This document shows, in pieces, positions 40,258 to 49,860 of a stretch of 64,000 nucleotides of DNA. Source of the DNA: an uncultured virus (IMG/VR IMGVR_UViG_3300037846_000120) (lineage: Duplodnaviria > Heunggongvirae > Uroviricota > Caudoviricetes). The notes beneath the pieces are model-generated. The model was given only the letters and a program-made list of their open reading frames with translations. It made no database searches and was not told the DNA's origin. The stretch's first letter is position 1. Every line of letters starts with the position of its first letter. A program made the position numbers and the translations under genes. Location of the stretch: the IMG/VR virus record IMGVR_UViG_3300037846_000120; one strand, given 5' to 3'.

Positions 40258-41471
40258 TCATCACCGCGCCCGCACTTAAATTTGCGCAAGCCATCTTCGG
40301 CCTCGCCGCGCAGCCGCACGTCAAGGCAGTCGGCGGCGGCATTCTTGCGCTCAATCCGACGCTATGGCTGCGACAGGATTGCGGGCTTGATCCGCTTGGC
40401 GGCGATGGCGCGGTATGGTCGTGGTTGAGCGAGGTCAACGGCCACGCCGCCACGCTCGCCAGCATGGCGGAGACGAATTACGACACCAACGGCCCTGGCG
40501 CGCCACTCTACATGCCTGGCGCGTATCAGGGCGGTGTCGCGAGGTTCGGCCTCGATGTGAACGGCGCCAATCCAAGCCCGAGCGGTCTCTATCTTCCATA
40601 CTCGGCCGACTACGATCTTGGGCAGGGCGTTGGGGGTCTTACGCTTGCACTTCAGCTCAATTTATTGCCCTTCGTCACGCCCTTCAGCGCCGCGACCACT
40701 CAGGACATCGCCTATCACGGCATCGGACGCCTGTCCGTCGACAACACGTTCGATTGGGGGCTTTGGGCAACCTACGGCGCTGGCGCCAACGCGAACATCA
40801 CTTGCAGTATCAATGCCAGCCAAACTCTGACGATCAGCGATCCGTCGCTTAAGTCCGGCACTTTCCCGACGATTATCTTCGTCATCAATCAGCTAACGAG
40901 CACCACCGGAACCATCAGCGGCTATCTCAATGGCGTCCTGGTTGCAGGACCCACGAGCTACACCGGCAAGGCCGCGACCAGCAACACCTATCCATTGGTC
41001 ATCGGCCGCTCGCAGATGAACGCGGGTGCCGCCAGCGAATATCTTCTCGCCGATGTGGCAACGCCGCTCATCATCATCAAGTCGGCATTAAACGCTGCCC
41101 AAGTGCTGGCAATGCACAATGCCATGACCGGGCAGATGACGCCGAACAATCTCGGCGTGCCCGGACAGAATGCCTACGGCGCGCTCACGCTCAACGCCGT
41201 CACCAAGTCGGCGCCCTATACGATAACGCTGGCCGACTTCCTGGTGCGCGTGAGCGGCAACACCACGATTTCGCTGCCCGACGCGACCACTTGTCCCGGT
41301 CAAGCCTTCGGCGTCCTGAAAACCGACACCAGCGCCACGACGGCAACCGTGGCAGCCGGGCTACAGACCTTCACCATGTCCGGCGCACCAACGAGCATGA
41401 CGATCACGTCGCAAGGCGCGTGTTTGATCGTCATGTCGAACGGCACCGGCTGGGACATTCTCAAGATGTAA
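40254..41471 (+). CDS. LamG/ConA-like lectin tail protein
   Basis: LWL..D, YLNG, LVIGR, ALNAAQV; GTGA coupling. Confidence 0.7.
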   Translation: MIITAPALKFAQAIFGLAAQPHVKAVGGGILALNPTLWLRQDCGLDPLGGDGAVWSWLSEVNGHAATLASMAETNYDTNGPGAPLYMPGAYQGGVARFGLDVNGANPSPSGLYLPYSADYDLGQGVGGLTLALQLNLLPFVTPFSAATTQDIAYHGIGRLSVDNTFDWGLWATYGAGANANITCSINASQTLTISDPSLKSGTFPTIIFVINQLTSTTGTISGYLNGVLVAGPTSYTGKAATSNTYPLVIGRSQMNAGAASEYLLADVATPLIIIKSALNAAQVLAMHNAMTGQMTPNNLGVPGQNAYGALTLNAVTKSAPYTITLADFLVRVSGNTTISLPDATTCPGQAFGVLKTDTSATTATVAAGLQTFTMSGAPTSMTITSQGACLIVMSNGTGWDILKM

Positions 41472-41483
41472 GGAGATACGACC

Positions 41484-41933
41484 ATGAACCTCAAGGCAAT
41501 CTTCACCACCAAGAACATCATCATCTTGGTCCTCGTTGTCCTCGTCGCCCTGATCCTGGCCGCTCTGGCGGTGCATTTCGCGGCGGACATCAAGGTAGTG
41601 CTCATCGCCGCGTCCGGCGCGTTGCTGGTGATCGTGCTGCGCTTCGGCTGGCTCGTCGGGCAAAAAGGCTGGGGCTGGGGCCTCGCCTTGATCCATGCGT
41701 GGTGGAATCGGGGCAAGGCCGATTTTACGGCGTTGCAGGATGGTTTGACGACGCTTGAGGGGCGGGTGACCACGCTCGAGCGGACGATCGCTCCCGCGCT
41801 TCAGCAATCTCAACGTTTGACCTTGGGTAAGGCGGCCGACATTCAACCGCCCCCGCTCATCATTTCCAGCGATAAGAATGCCGCGCCGACCACCGTCGAC
41901 GGCGTGCAGCAATCGCCGAACTCGAACGGCTGA
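41484..41933 (+). CDS. holin-like membrane protein
   Basis: AAGGAG RBS; two or three TM segments; directly before the endolysin. Confidence 0.55.
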   Translation: MNLKAIFTTKNIIILVLVVLVALILAALAVHFAADIKVVLIAASGALLVIVLRFGWLVGQKGWGWGLALIHAWWNRGKADFTALQDGLTTLEGRVTTLERTIAPALQQSQRLTLGKAADIQPPPLIISSDKNAAPTTVDGVQQSPNSNG

Positions 41934-41969
41934 TCCAGCCGCGCCCCTTAGCAAGCCGGGAGTGACGTC

Positions 41970-42821
41970 ATGCGCCAGATGAGCGCCGCGTGCCGCGCGC
42001 GGCTCACCGAGCCGTGGGAAGAGTTCGTCCCTTACGTCTATGACGACAAGGTGCCGAAGCGGCGGGATCCTGCAACCGGACGTCTCGCATATCCTGAGTG
42101 GGATGGTGGCGCGGTGCGCGGCACGCTCACCATCGCGACCGGACACACCGACGCCGCGGGTGCGCCGAAGATCGTACAGGGCTTGCGCGTCACGCGTGAT
42201 GAAGGCGACGCGATCCTGTCTCACGACTTGGCGCCGTGCGAGGCGCACGTCAACGCGCTGCTCAAGGTGCCGGTGACCCAGCACCAGGCCGATGCGATGT
42301 ACGACACCTATTTCAACTGCCCGGCCGCGGCGATCGCCGCCATCAAGCTCATCAACGCCGGCAATATCCAGGCTGTGCCAGCGAAGCTCCTGCAATACAC
42401 CTACTCCAAGGGCGAGCACATGGATGGGCTCACCCATCGCCGCACCGCGGAGATCGCGTGGTTCAATACGCCCGATCATGTCGAAGCACCGGCGGCGCCG
42501 CATCCCGACATCGTGTTCTGCCCGAAGGGCGAGCGCAACCCGCCGCCGAAACCGGCGACGCAATCGAAGGCCATCACGGCTGGCGGCGGCGTCGCTGCCG
42601 GCGGCGTCATCACCGCCATCCAGTCCGCCAATGAGGCCGCGGCGCCGATCGAGGAAGCCAAGCAACACGTCCTTGATCTCGGCGGCGACGATCTGTTGTC
42701 GCGCTTTGTCGACTTCGCCCACTCACCCGCGTTCGGATTGATTGTCGCCGGCATCATCGTTGTGCTCGGCGGATTTCTCATCCTCGACCGCTGGTCAAAA
42801 TTAAGGAACGATCATGTTTGA
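41970..42821 (+). CDS. GH24-type endolysin with C-terminal membrane segment
   Basis: E...YDD...TIATGHT, TQHQADA....FN, GL..RR.AE...F. Confidence 0.85.
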   Translation: MRQMSAACRARLTEPWEEFVPYVYDDKVPKRRDPATGRLAYPEWDGGAVRGTLTIATGHTDAAGAPKIVQGLRVTRDEGDAILSHDLAPCEAHVNALLKVPVTQHQADAMYDTYFNCPAAAIAAIKLINAGNIQAVPAKLLQYTYSKGEHMDGLTHRRTAEIAWFNTPDHVEAPAAPHPDIVFCPKGERNPPPKPATQSKAITAGGGVAAGGVITAIQSANEAAAPIEEAKQHVLDLGGDDLLSRFVDFAHSPAFGLIVAGIIVVLGGFLILDRWSKLRNDHV

Positions 42822-43260
42822 AGGCATCACCCAATCGTGGGGCGAGATCGCGCATATCAGCGAGATCACGGGCCTCTCTATCTTCGCCATCATTGGATGC
42901 GGCGTTGTCGTCTATCTCGATCCGACTGCGCGCAAATTCGCGATCCGCACCGCTGTTCTGGTGGTCGCTGGCTACAGTTTCTTCATCTTCGCTTATCACC
43001 AAGGCAGCGCCGACAAGAAGGCGCAGTGGGATCAGGCCAATGCCGAAGCCGCCGAGGCAAGGAAAACCCAAGACGCCGATGTCAACCAATTTGTCGCGAA
43101 AAAGTACGACCCGATCATCGCGACCGAGCAACACCAGGCGGAGACCAACGATCATGCGACGCTTGCCAATCTCAGCGCTGCTGCAACGACCAATGCTCCG
43201 CCGACTGGCGGTCCTTGCCGTCTCGGCGCTGCTCCTCTGCGGCTGCGAAACCACAAATAA
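42814..43260 (+). CDS. i-spanin (Rz-like)
   Basis: N-terminal TM plus coiled coil; overlaps the o-spanin. Confidence 0.7.
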   Translation: MFEGITQSWGEIAHISEITGLSIFAIIGCGVVVYLDPTARKFAIRTAVLVVAGYSFFIFAYHQGSADKKAQWDQANAEAAEARKTQDADVNQFVAKKYDPIIATEQHQAETNDHATLANLSAAATTNAPPTGGPCRLGAAPLRLRNHK

Positions 43261-43477
43261 GCTCGCCGGCACGCCGCCCAAGGCAATCGATCTAGCGGCG
43301 TTGGACGTCTGCCAACGTGTTCTCGGCCCGATCGATCTGCCGACTGTCACCGCCAACACGGACGCGCGCGCGGCTTTCTTTGCCGACGATGCACGTTTGA
43401 TCGCGGCGCTCGCCGAGATCGCGACCGCCCGCGGCTGCATCGCCGACGTGAAGACCGCCTACGCTGGGAAGAAATAA
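43193..43477 (+). CDS. o-spanin lipoprotein (Rz1-like)
   Basis: MLRRLAVLAVSALLLCGC lipobox in the +1 frame of the Rz 3' end. Confidence 0.75.
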   Translation: MLRRLAVLAVSALLLCGCETTNKLAGTPPKAIDLAALDVCQRVLGPIDLPTVTANTDARAAFFADDARLIAALAEIATARGCIADVKTAYAGKK

Positions 43478-43480
43478 GCC

Positions 43481-45421
43481 ATGCCTGTCTCTGTGCTGAT
43501 CCAGGAATTCGACACTTGGCAGCAAGGCTACGCATTCGCCAGCGTCACTATCAATATCGCCGGCACCGCGACGCCGGCGCTGGTTTACACCGATCAGGCA
43601 CTCACCCAGCCGGCCGGAAATCCGCAAACGCTGTTGTCGAAGACGGACACCCAGGGCAATACCTACGGCAAGTTCGCGGTGCCGCTCTATACCGGGCAGC
43701 CCTACAGCCTCAGCATCAACAGTGTCGATCGCACCGGCATCGTGACGCCGCCGCTCACGACGCTGGTGGGCCAGGACGGCTCGGACCTGACAGTCATTCC
43801 GACCGGAGCTTCGGTCGCCGGTAATCTCGACGACATCCTGGCGCGTCGGATCAACGTGCTCGATTTCGGCGTCTTCCTTGCCGCCGGACAGACCGGCGCG
43901 TCGGCAACGACCAACACCAACACCTTGAATGGAGCGATCGGCGCTGCCGCCGGCGCCGGCGGCGGTGCGATCGACATCCCGGACGGGCTGTTTCAGATCA
44001 CCTCGATCACGCTACCGCAGAATGTGACGCTGGTCGGGCAGGGGCGCAACGCCACCACCTTGCAATCGACCTTTGCCGGCAAGGTGGTGACCATCGGCGG
44101 CAGCCAGGCCGGCCTGAAGAACCTGTCGCTCGACGGGCTTAATCAGGGGAACGGCTCGATCGGCCTCTATGCCGAGATGATGACCGGCGTCATTCTCGAC
44201 AATGTGCTGGTGCAGCGTTTCGCCACCGGCATCCAGCTCATCGGCGGCGGCTTGTACGGCTGGCGCGAGCTTTACATTTCCGATTGCTTGATCGGCTACC
44301 AGGGCCATGGCTTTTCCGACAGCGGCAACGGCGGCGCGCTCGAATTCGGCCGCTGGGACGGCGGGCAGATCGATACCTGCTCGACCGCAGGCATCGAGAT
44401 CGAGAACCTCGACGCGCTGTGCGATCATCTGCGCTTCTCGAACTTGCTGTTTCTCAATAACACCGGGATCGCGTTTCATGGGCTGGGCGCACGCGCCACG
44501 TTGCTGCAAAGTTGCAGTTGGAACGGCAATACCACCGATCTTCAAATCGAGGACGGCAGCCCGATCAATGTCGGCCAGACCAACACCACGATCGGTTTCG
44601 AGTGCCGGGACGGCTCGTTCATCGGCACCGGCTCGAACGGCGCGCAGATCAATCTCAAGGGCACGCTGAAATCGGTCGCGTTTCGCCGCTGCGAGTTCAC
44701 CAAAGAAACCATCACCATCACCGCGCCCGGCAACACCGTCTTGGCGCAAGATTGCCGCAACATCGGCGGCGTGACTTTCGGCGGCAACGCCCAGGCCTGG
44801 ACGTCGAGCTTCACCAATTACGACGGCTACACTGTCTGTGTCACCAACAGCGCCACGCCGTTCCCGGCGTGGGAAATGCCGCTCGACTCCGGCCAGCTCG
44901 CGCTTGTCGAAATCTCCGTCGTTGCCCGGTCGCGAACTTCAACCGACAATTTGTGGGTGAAAGTCTTTCGCGCGATGGCCTGTTCCGGCGCGAGCTTAGC
45001 ATACAACGCCGAGACTGCCGCCTTCACCGCCGGGTCGGTTGTTACCGGCCAAACAAGCCAAGCAACCGGCAGGGCTACCGCCGTAACTCTGAGTGGCGGC
45101 AGCGGAACATTGACGTTGCAAGATGTGACGAATGGTCCAAATGGCGGATTTCAACTCGGCGAGGTCATCACCGACAGCGGCGGCGGCCATGCGCTCGTCG
45201 CCGCCGCCCTCGCGCCCGGCACTGTCACCGCCGGCAACTTGGTCAACACAGGCGCGGGCTTGAGCGCCGATACGGGTTACTGGCTTTACCGTAGCGATTC
45301 GGCTTGGAACGTCGGCCTTACCGGCCAGGGCCAGAATGCGGTGATCCTCGTCACCGGCGACACCAACACCGTCGAGTGGTTCGTCAATGTCCGCGTGCTC
45401 GCAACGGCGCCGATCCTGTAA
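43481..45421 (+). CDS. tailspike with pectate-lyase-like beta helix
   Basis: INVLDFG, GGG.IDIPDG.F, NVTLVGQG, parallel beta-helix repeats. Confidence 0.85.
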   Translation: MPVSVLIQEFDTWQQGYAFASVTINIAGTATPALVYTDQALTQPAGNPQTLLSKTDTQGNTYGKFAVPLYTGQPYSLSINSVDRTGIVTPPLTTLVGQDGSDLTVIPTGASVAGNLDDILARRINVLDFGVFLAAGQTGASATTNTNTLNGAIGAAAGAGGGAIDIPDGLFQITSITLPQNVTLVGQGRNATTLQSTFAGKVVTIGGSQAGLKNLSLDGLNQGNGSIGLYAEMMTGVILDNVLVQRFATGIQLIGGGLYGWRELYISDCLIGYQGHGFSDSGNGGALEFGRWDGGQIDTCSTAGIEIENLDALCDHLRFSNLLFLNNTGIAFHGLGARATLLQSCSWNGNTTDLQIEDGSPINVGQTNTTIGFECRDGSFIGTGSNGAQINLKGTLKSVAFRRCEFTKETITITAPGNTVLAQDCRNIGGVTFGGNAQAWTSSFTNYDGYTVCVTNSATPFPAWEMPLDSGQLALVEISVVARSRTSTDNLWVKVFRAMACSGASLAYNAETAAFTAGSVVTGQTSQATGRATAVTLSGGSGTLTLQDVTNGPNGGFQLGEVITDSGGGHALVAAALAPGTVTAGNLVNTGAGLSADTGYWLYRSDSAWNVGLTGQGQNAVILVTGDTNTVEWFVNVRVLATAPIL

Positions 45422-46867
45422 ATGGCACAACAGCGCCGCGATCCGAACGCCTGGGTAGACCTTCCGCTCGATCGGGGACTGTTCGCCAATCTCGATCCGG
45501 ACGCAGTGGTGCAGCATCAGACCGCGGTCGAGAACGGTTTCATCAACGAGTTGGGTGGCCACACCCGCTTTCCAGGGCTCGAAACCTTCGTCGATCTTAG
45601 AACGCAGTTCAACGACAACGGCCGCATGTACCTTTCCGACTTCGAAGGGGACATGATCGTTGCGAGCAGCAGGGGCCAAGTCTATCGCATCGCCGAGAAT
45701 GCCGCGGTGACGCCATGCACCGGCGTTCCGGTCTCGGGCGGCGGGCGCGCCATCATGGCGCCGACCGACAAGGAAATGCTGTTCGCGGCCGGCGGCGACA
45801 TCGTGCGGCTGCGCCAGGCGAAGACCGAAATCTTGAGCGAGGACGCGCCGCAAGCAACCTATGTCGGCTGGATCGACGGCATCGCGGTAGCAAACCAGGT
45901 CAACACCTTCAATTTCTTCTCTTCCAACCCCGGCTTCATCGATCAGTGGCCGGCGCTCAATAGCGATTCCGCCGACAGCGACCCGAACCCGATCACCTGC
46001 TTTATGATCAACGCCTACCGGCAACTGATCTTCGGCGGCCCGGACAAGTTCGAGCAGTGGGAGCGCAACACCAACGGCACCGCGTTGTTCTATCGGCGCT
46101 GGTCGATCGGCGATGGCGCGCTCACGCCCTACCTTTTTCTGTTCGCCGACAACGGCATGTGGACGGTCAACAGCAAGCTCGAACTGGTGAAGTTTCTGGC
46201 GCAAGTGTCGCAGAACGTCTCCAACGAAATCGGGCTCTTGCTCGCCAATATCGACGATTGGACCGACGCCTGGATGGGCGGCTATCCCGACCAGCCGCTG
46301 CACCTTCTGGGACAGAAATTCATTCTGTTCCAGATGCCCTATGCCACCAACGAGTACAGCACCAAGGGCGTCACGATCGTATTTGATTATCGCAACAAGA
46401 AGTTCTTTCAGCTCTATGGCTGGGACAATGCGGTGGGTCAGCCGGCGCGCTGGCCGGGGTGGTCGCATTGGCCGCTGTGGAAACGGGTCTTCGTCGGCGG
46501 CGAAGGCAAAATCTACCGCTTCACCACTGATAGTTATTGGCTCGACGGCGCCATGTCGCGCTGGCTCATTCGCACGGCGCACATCGCCCAGGGCAATCAG
46601 GTGTCGATCGAGGATTTTCGCCTGCAGCTCACGCGCGGGCGCGGCACGCCGACCAAGGCCCCAACCATCGCGGTGCGAGCGCGGCGCGACGGCAAGGCGT
46701 TCGGTCCTTGGATCAAGCGCGATCTCGGCGTTGCCGGCGACAACATCCAGTTCAAGAATTTCGGTCCGTTCGGGACCGGAACCACGTTCCAATGGGAAAT
46801 CATGTGCAGCGACGATGCGCCGGTCAATCTGATCAAGGCGCAAGTGCGCGCAACGGCAATCGGATAG
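45422..46867 (+). CDS. P22 gp10-like tail hub / DNA stabilisation protein
   Basis: FPGL, SADSDPNPI, FG....E.W, R.RRDG..FG.W...LG..G. Confidence 0.85.
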   Translation: MAQQRRDPNAWVDLPLDRGLFANLDPDAVVQHQTAVENGFINELGGHTRFPGLETFVDLRTQFNDNGRMYLSDFEGDMIVASSRGQVYRIAENAAVTPCTGVPVSGGGRAIMAPTDKEMLFAAGGDIVRLRQAKTEILSEDAPQATYVGWIDGIAVANQVNTFNFFSSNPGFIDQWPALNSDSADSDPNPITCFMINAYRQLIFGGPDKFEQWERNTNGTALFYRRWSIGDGALTPYLFLFADNGMWTVNSKLELVKFLAQVSQNVSNEIGLLLANIDDWTDAWMGGYPDQPLHLLGQKFILFQMPYATNEYSTKGVTIVFDYRNKKFFQLYGWDNAVGQPARWPGWSHWPLWKRVFVGGEGKIYRFTTDSYWLDGAMSRWLIRTAHIAQGNQVSIEDFRLQLTRGRGTPTKAPTIAVRARRDGKAFGPWIKRDLGVAGDNIQFKNFGPFGTGTTFQWEIMCSDDAPVNLIKAQVRATAIG

Positions 46868-46871
46868 CACC

Positions 46872-47081
46872 ATGGCCAGCAACATCATCAACGTGCCGTC
46901 GCCGCCTCAGCTCACCGGAGATTGGCAAGTCGATTATCCGTCGATCGCCGATTACCTCAACGACCTGTTCACCACGGTCACCCAACAGATGAAAGCGACC
47001 GCGAACTATTGCGACGCGATCAACACCGCGCTCGGCAATGCGCATGTCTCCGGCTTCCCGATCACTCCACCCACGTCGTGA
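46872..47081 (+). CDS. small hypothetical virion protein
   Basis: tight operon spacing. Confidence 0.6.
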   Translation: MASNIINVPSPPQLTGDWQVDYPSIADYLNDLFTTVTQQMKATANYCDAINTALGNAHVSGFPITPPTS

Positions 47082-47084
47082 GCC

Positions 47085-47372
47085 ATGGCTACTGAAACCC
47101 CGAATGTCGGCAACGTCGCTGACACCCAGCCGCCGCGTCTTGCCGCGGCGGTGCAAACCGGTGCCGCCACTGCGGACACCGCCCCGCTCGGCGGCGACGC
47201 GGGCTCGTCGCAAGGCGTTGCGCCATCGAATGGAACAACGTTCGCCACGCCGCCGGCAGGCAATTCGCTGCAAACCCTGTTGCCCGCTCCATCGGGCACT
47301 GGTTTTGGTCCGAGCGCCACGCCTGCGGCCGGCGGCGGGTTTTTTCAAAGCGTCTTTGGAAATCAGAGCTGA
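47085..47372 (+). CDS. low-complexity hypothetical protein
   Basis: tight operon spacing. Confidence 0.5.
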   Translation: MATETPNVGNVADTQPPRLAAAVQTGAATADTAPLGGDAGSSQGVAPSNGTTFATPPAGNSLQTLLPAPSGTGFGPSATPAAGGGFFQSVFGNQS

Positions 47373-47373
47373 A

Positions 47374-47616
47374 ATGATGATTTTTCCTAGGGCGCCGTGG
47401 GCCCCAGATGGAGCCGATTGCCCTTGGCTACGATGGTTCGCTTGGTTTCCTGTAGTTGTCGATGTTTATCAACCAAAAGAAAATCGGCGGGGTGAATTAC
47501 GCCATCGGGTATGGCTGCGGTGGGTTGAGTGCCGCTTATCACCTGATGGTCCTCCACCGAACGACGTGTCGGTTTGGCAATTTCGATTGCCACAAGAAGC
47601 AGCGCCGCAAGTGTAA
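47374..47616 (+). CDS. small Trp-rich phage protein (WFAWFPV...VWL)
   Basis: recognisable motif; locally lower GC. Confidence 0.55.
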   Translation: MMIFPRAPWAPDGADCPWLRWFAWFPVVVDVYQPKENRRGELRHRVWLRWVECRLSPDGPPPNDVSVWQFRLPQEAAPQV

Positions 47617-47643
47617 AGCCGATAGGCATGAAAGGACTGACCC

Positions 47644-48057
47644 ATGTTTCCTCCGCAACGCCAACAGCAACCTGCGCCCGGCCAACCGCCGGCTCCCGCG
47701 GCCGCGCCGGCCGGCGCGGCCAATGCCGGGGGACAGCAGGGCAGCGGCGGCTTGCCGCCCGGAGCCGCACAGCAGGTCGATCCGCGCAATCCGCTGCAGG
47801 TGGCGCTGGTGCGCCGGCTTTCGGCGTTCACGCCTCAAGACGCCGACACGCTGCGCCAAGGCGTAACGCCGCAGGCGTTCGCTGTCCTCAAAAAGCTCCT
47901 GCCGGAGATCGGCTTCGTGTTCGATCAGTTGAGCGGTGGCGGTGGCGGCGGAGCGCCTGGCGGCGATGGCGATGCTGCGCCGCCGGTGCAGCCGGGCTCC
48001 GCGGCACCTCCGAGCGGAGGCCCTGCGCCGCCCTCGCGCTTTAATCAAATGACGTAA
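47644..48057 (+). CDS. hypothetical protein
   Basis: AAGGA RBS; helical core in P/G/A-rich flanks. Confidence 0.6.
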   Translation: MFPPQRQQQPAPGQPPAPAAAPAGAANAGGQQGSGGLPPGAAQQVDPRNPLQVALVRRLSAFTPQDADTLRQGVTPQAFAVLKKLLPEIGFVFDQLSGGGGGGAPGGDGDAAPPVQPGSAAPPSGGPAPPSRFNQMT

Positions 48058-48083
48058 CAGTCCGTCACAATAGGTGATCCGTT

Positions 48084-48797
48084 ATGTGGCAATTGATCGG
48101 GGGCGCAGTCGGGGCGATCGGCGGCGCCGTGATCGCCGGGCCCGCGGGCGCGACCATAGGCGCGAGCTTGGGCGCGAGCTTGGGCGGGATGGTCACCGCA
48201 AACGACGCGAATAAAAAGGCGAACAGCGCGATCCAAGCCGGCGTCCAACAGGTGCAAGCGACCGATTCCAATATCGCCAATCAGGCCTCGGCGGACGCGG
48301 CAAGCGGCGGCACCGGCCCCGGCGCGTCCTATTTGCGCGACATGATCGCCGATCCCGGCACGCTGACGCCAGCGCAGCAATCGCAGCTCGCCGATCTTCG
48401 CCTCTCGACCGCCAATCAGCTTCACGGCTCCGATTTCGCCGGCAACGGCCGCACCGCCGCCGCGATCTTCCAAAAGACCGAGGACAGTTTCACCAACACG
48501 GCGTTGGATCAGAACCGACAAAGAGCCGTGGGCGCCGCGACCACGCTCACCGGCGCCTCGACCGCAGCACGGGGCCAGGAATTCAATGCGATGCAGGCGG
48601 GCGCCAATGCCGGTTTGCAGGGCGCCGAAACGACCGCCGCAAACGACATCGCCACGGGCAAGATCATGGGCCAGGCGCTCGGCGACGTCGGCTCGGCCGC
48701 CGCCAAAGCAAGCAAGTTGTCCACTCTTGGCCCTGGTAGCCCCAGCGTCAGCCCGAGCGACGCCGGCAGCGCTGTTGATTTGGCTGCCGGCTTATAG
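48084..48797 (+). CDS. ejection (DNA transfer) protein, P22 gp7-like
   Basis: Gly/Ala-rich hydrophobic N-terminus, Gln/Ala-rich body; position. Confidence 0.7.
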   Translation: MWQLIGGAVGAIGGAVIAGPAGATIGASLGASLGGMVTANDANKKANSAIQAGVQQVQATDSNIANQASADAASGGTGPGASYLRDMIADPGTLTPAQQSQLADLRLSTANQLHGSDFAGNGRTAAAIFQKTEDSFTNTALDQNRQRAVGAATTLTGASTAARGQEFNAMQAGANAGLQGAETTAANDIATGKIMGQALGDVGSAAAKASKLSTLGPGSPSVSPSDAGSAVDLAAGL

Positions 48798-48824
48798 CTC
48801 GACGCAAATATCAAAAGGTACGCC

Positions 48825-49856
48825 ATGACTTCTCTTGTAGATTTTATCACATCAAACCCGGCGACCGACGAATTCAACCGGGCCAACAAGCTCGCCGACG
48901 AAGAACAGACGCGCGACGTCGCGAACAAGACCGCGCAATTCAATTTGCAGACGGCGCAGTCGCAAGCGCCGCTGAAGCTCAAGCAATTGACCGCGGAGAC
49001 CGATCTCGCCGGCACGCGCGCCCAGACTGCCGCCGCACAGGCACCCTATGCCGGACCGCAGGCCGCGGCGCAACTTGCGCAGACCCGCACCGCGACCGCC
49101 AATTCGATCTCGGAAATGAACAACCGCACCGCCAAGCTCCACATGGATGCGTTCGTGCAAGGGCTCGAGCTGCTCGACCGCGGCGACGTCGAGGGCGCCA
49201 AGCGCATTGCTGCCAGCGTCGGCGACACCATTCCCGATCCCGTCATTCAAAACTCGCAGATGCGGGCCGGCATCAAGAACATCACGGCGACGGCGCAGCA
49301 ATTCTACCCGAACCGCCCGAAAGATCAGATGACGTATATCCATGCGCACCTGCATGAGCTTGCGGCGCAGCAGCAGGGCGGACAACAGGTCAATCCGCAG
49401 ACCACGCCTTATGAGCAGGTGCCGGGAGCACCGGAAATTCCGGCACAAGGCGGACAGACGCAGGGCGAGACCGAGCGCATCATCGCCGCGGTTCGGCAGG
49501 AAAATCCCAGCCTCAGCTACGCCGACGCCGTGGCGATCGCCAAGCGCGCGCCGAACGGCGACACGCTGACGCTGCGCAAAGAAACTCTGGCGCTCAAAGC
49601 CGCGCAAGGCGACGGCCGCTATGCCACCGATCCGATCGCGACGTTGAACGAGTGGCGGCAGCGCTATGGCTTGCAGGTGCAGGCAGGCGGCGCGCCGGCC
49701 GGCGGCGCAGCACAGCCACCGCAACAGGCTGTCGACTACCTCAAAGCCAATCCGGCGCTCGCCGCGCAGTTCGATGCCAAGTACGGCCAGGGCGCCGCGG
49801 CGCGCGTGCTCGGCGCTCAACCGGCGCCGGCGGCGCCCGCACCGCTGATGCAATAG
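48825..49856 (+). CDS. ejection protein
   Basis: Q/A-rich; C-terminal AVDYLKANP....FDAKYG.GAA..VLG. Confidence 0.7.
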   Translation: MTSLVDFITSNPATDEFNRANKLADEEQTRDVANKTAQFNLQTAQSQAPLKLKQLTAETDLAGTRAQTAAAQAPYAGPQAAAQLAQTRTATANSISEMNNRTAKLHMDAFVQGLELLDRGDVEGAKRIAASVGDTIPDPVIQNSQMRAGIKNITATAQQFYPNRPKDQMTYIHAHLHELAAQQQGGQQVNPQTTPYEQVPGAPEIPAQGGQTQGETERIIAAVRQENPSLSYADAVAIAKRAPNGDTLTLRKETLALKAAQGDGRYATDPIATLNEWRQRYGLQVQAGGAPAGGAAQPPQQAVDYLKANPALAAQFDAKYGQGAAARVLGAQPAPAAPAPLMQ

Positions 49857-49860
49857 CGAC

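Noticed and set aside
24809..46891. Long antisense ORFs (e.g. 24809-26380, 32944-34416, 35413-37086, 44996-46891)
   Set aside because: Expected stop-poor mirror frames of GC-rich genes; no motifs.
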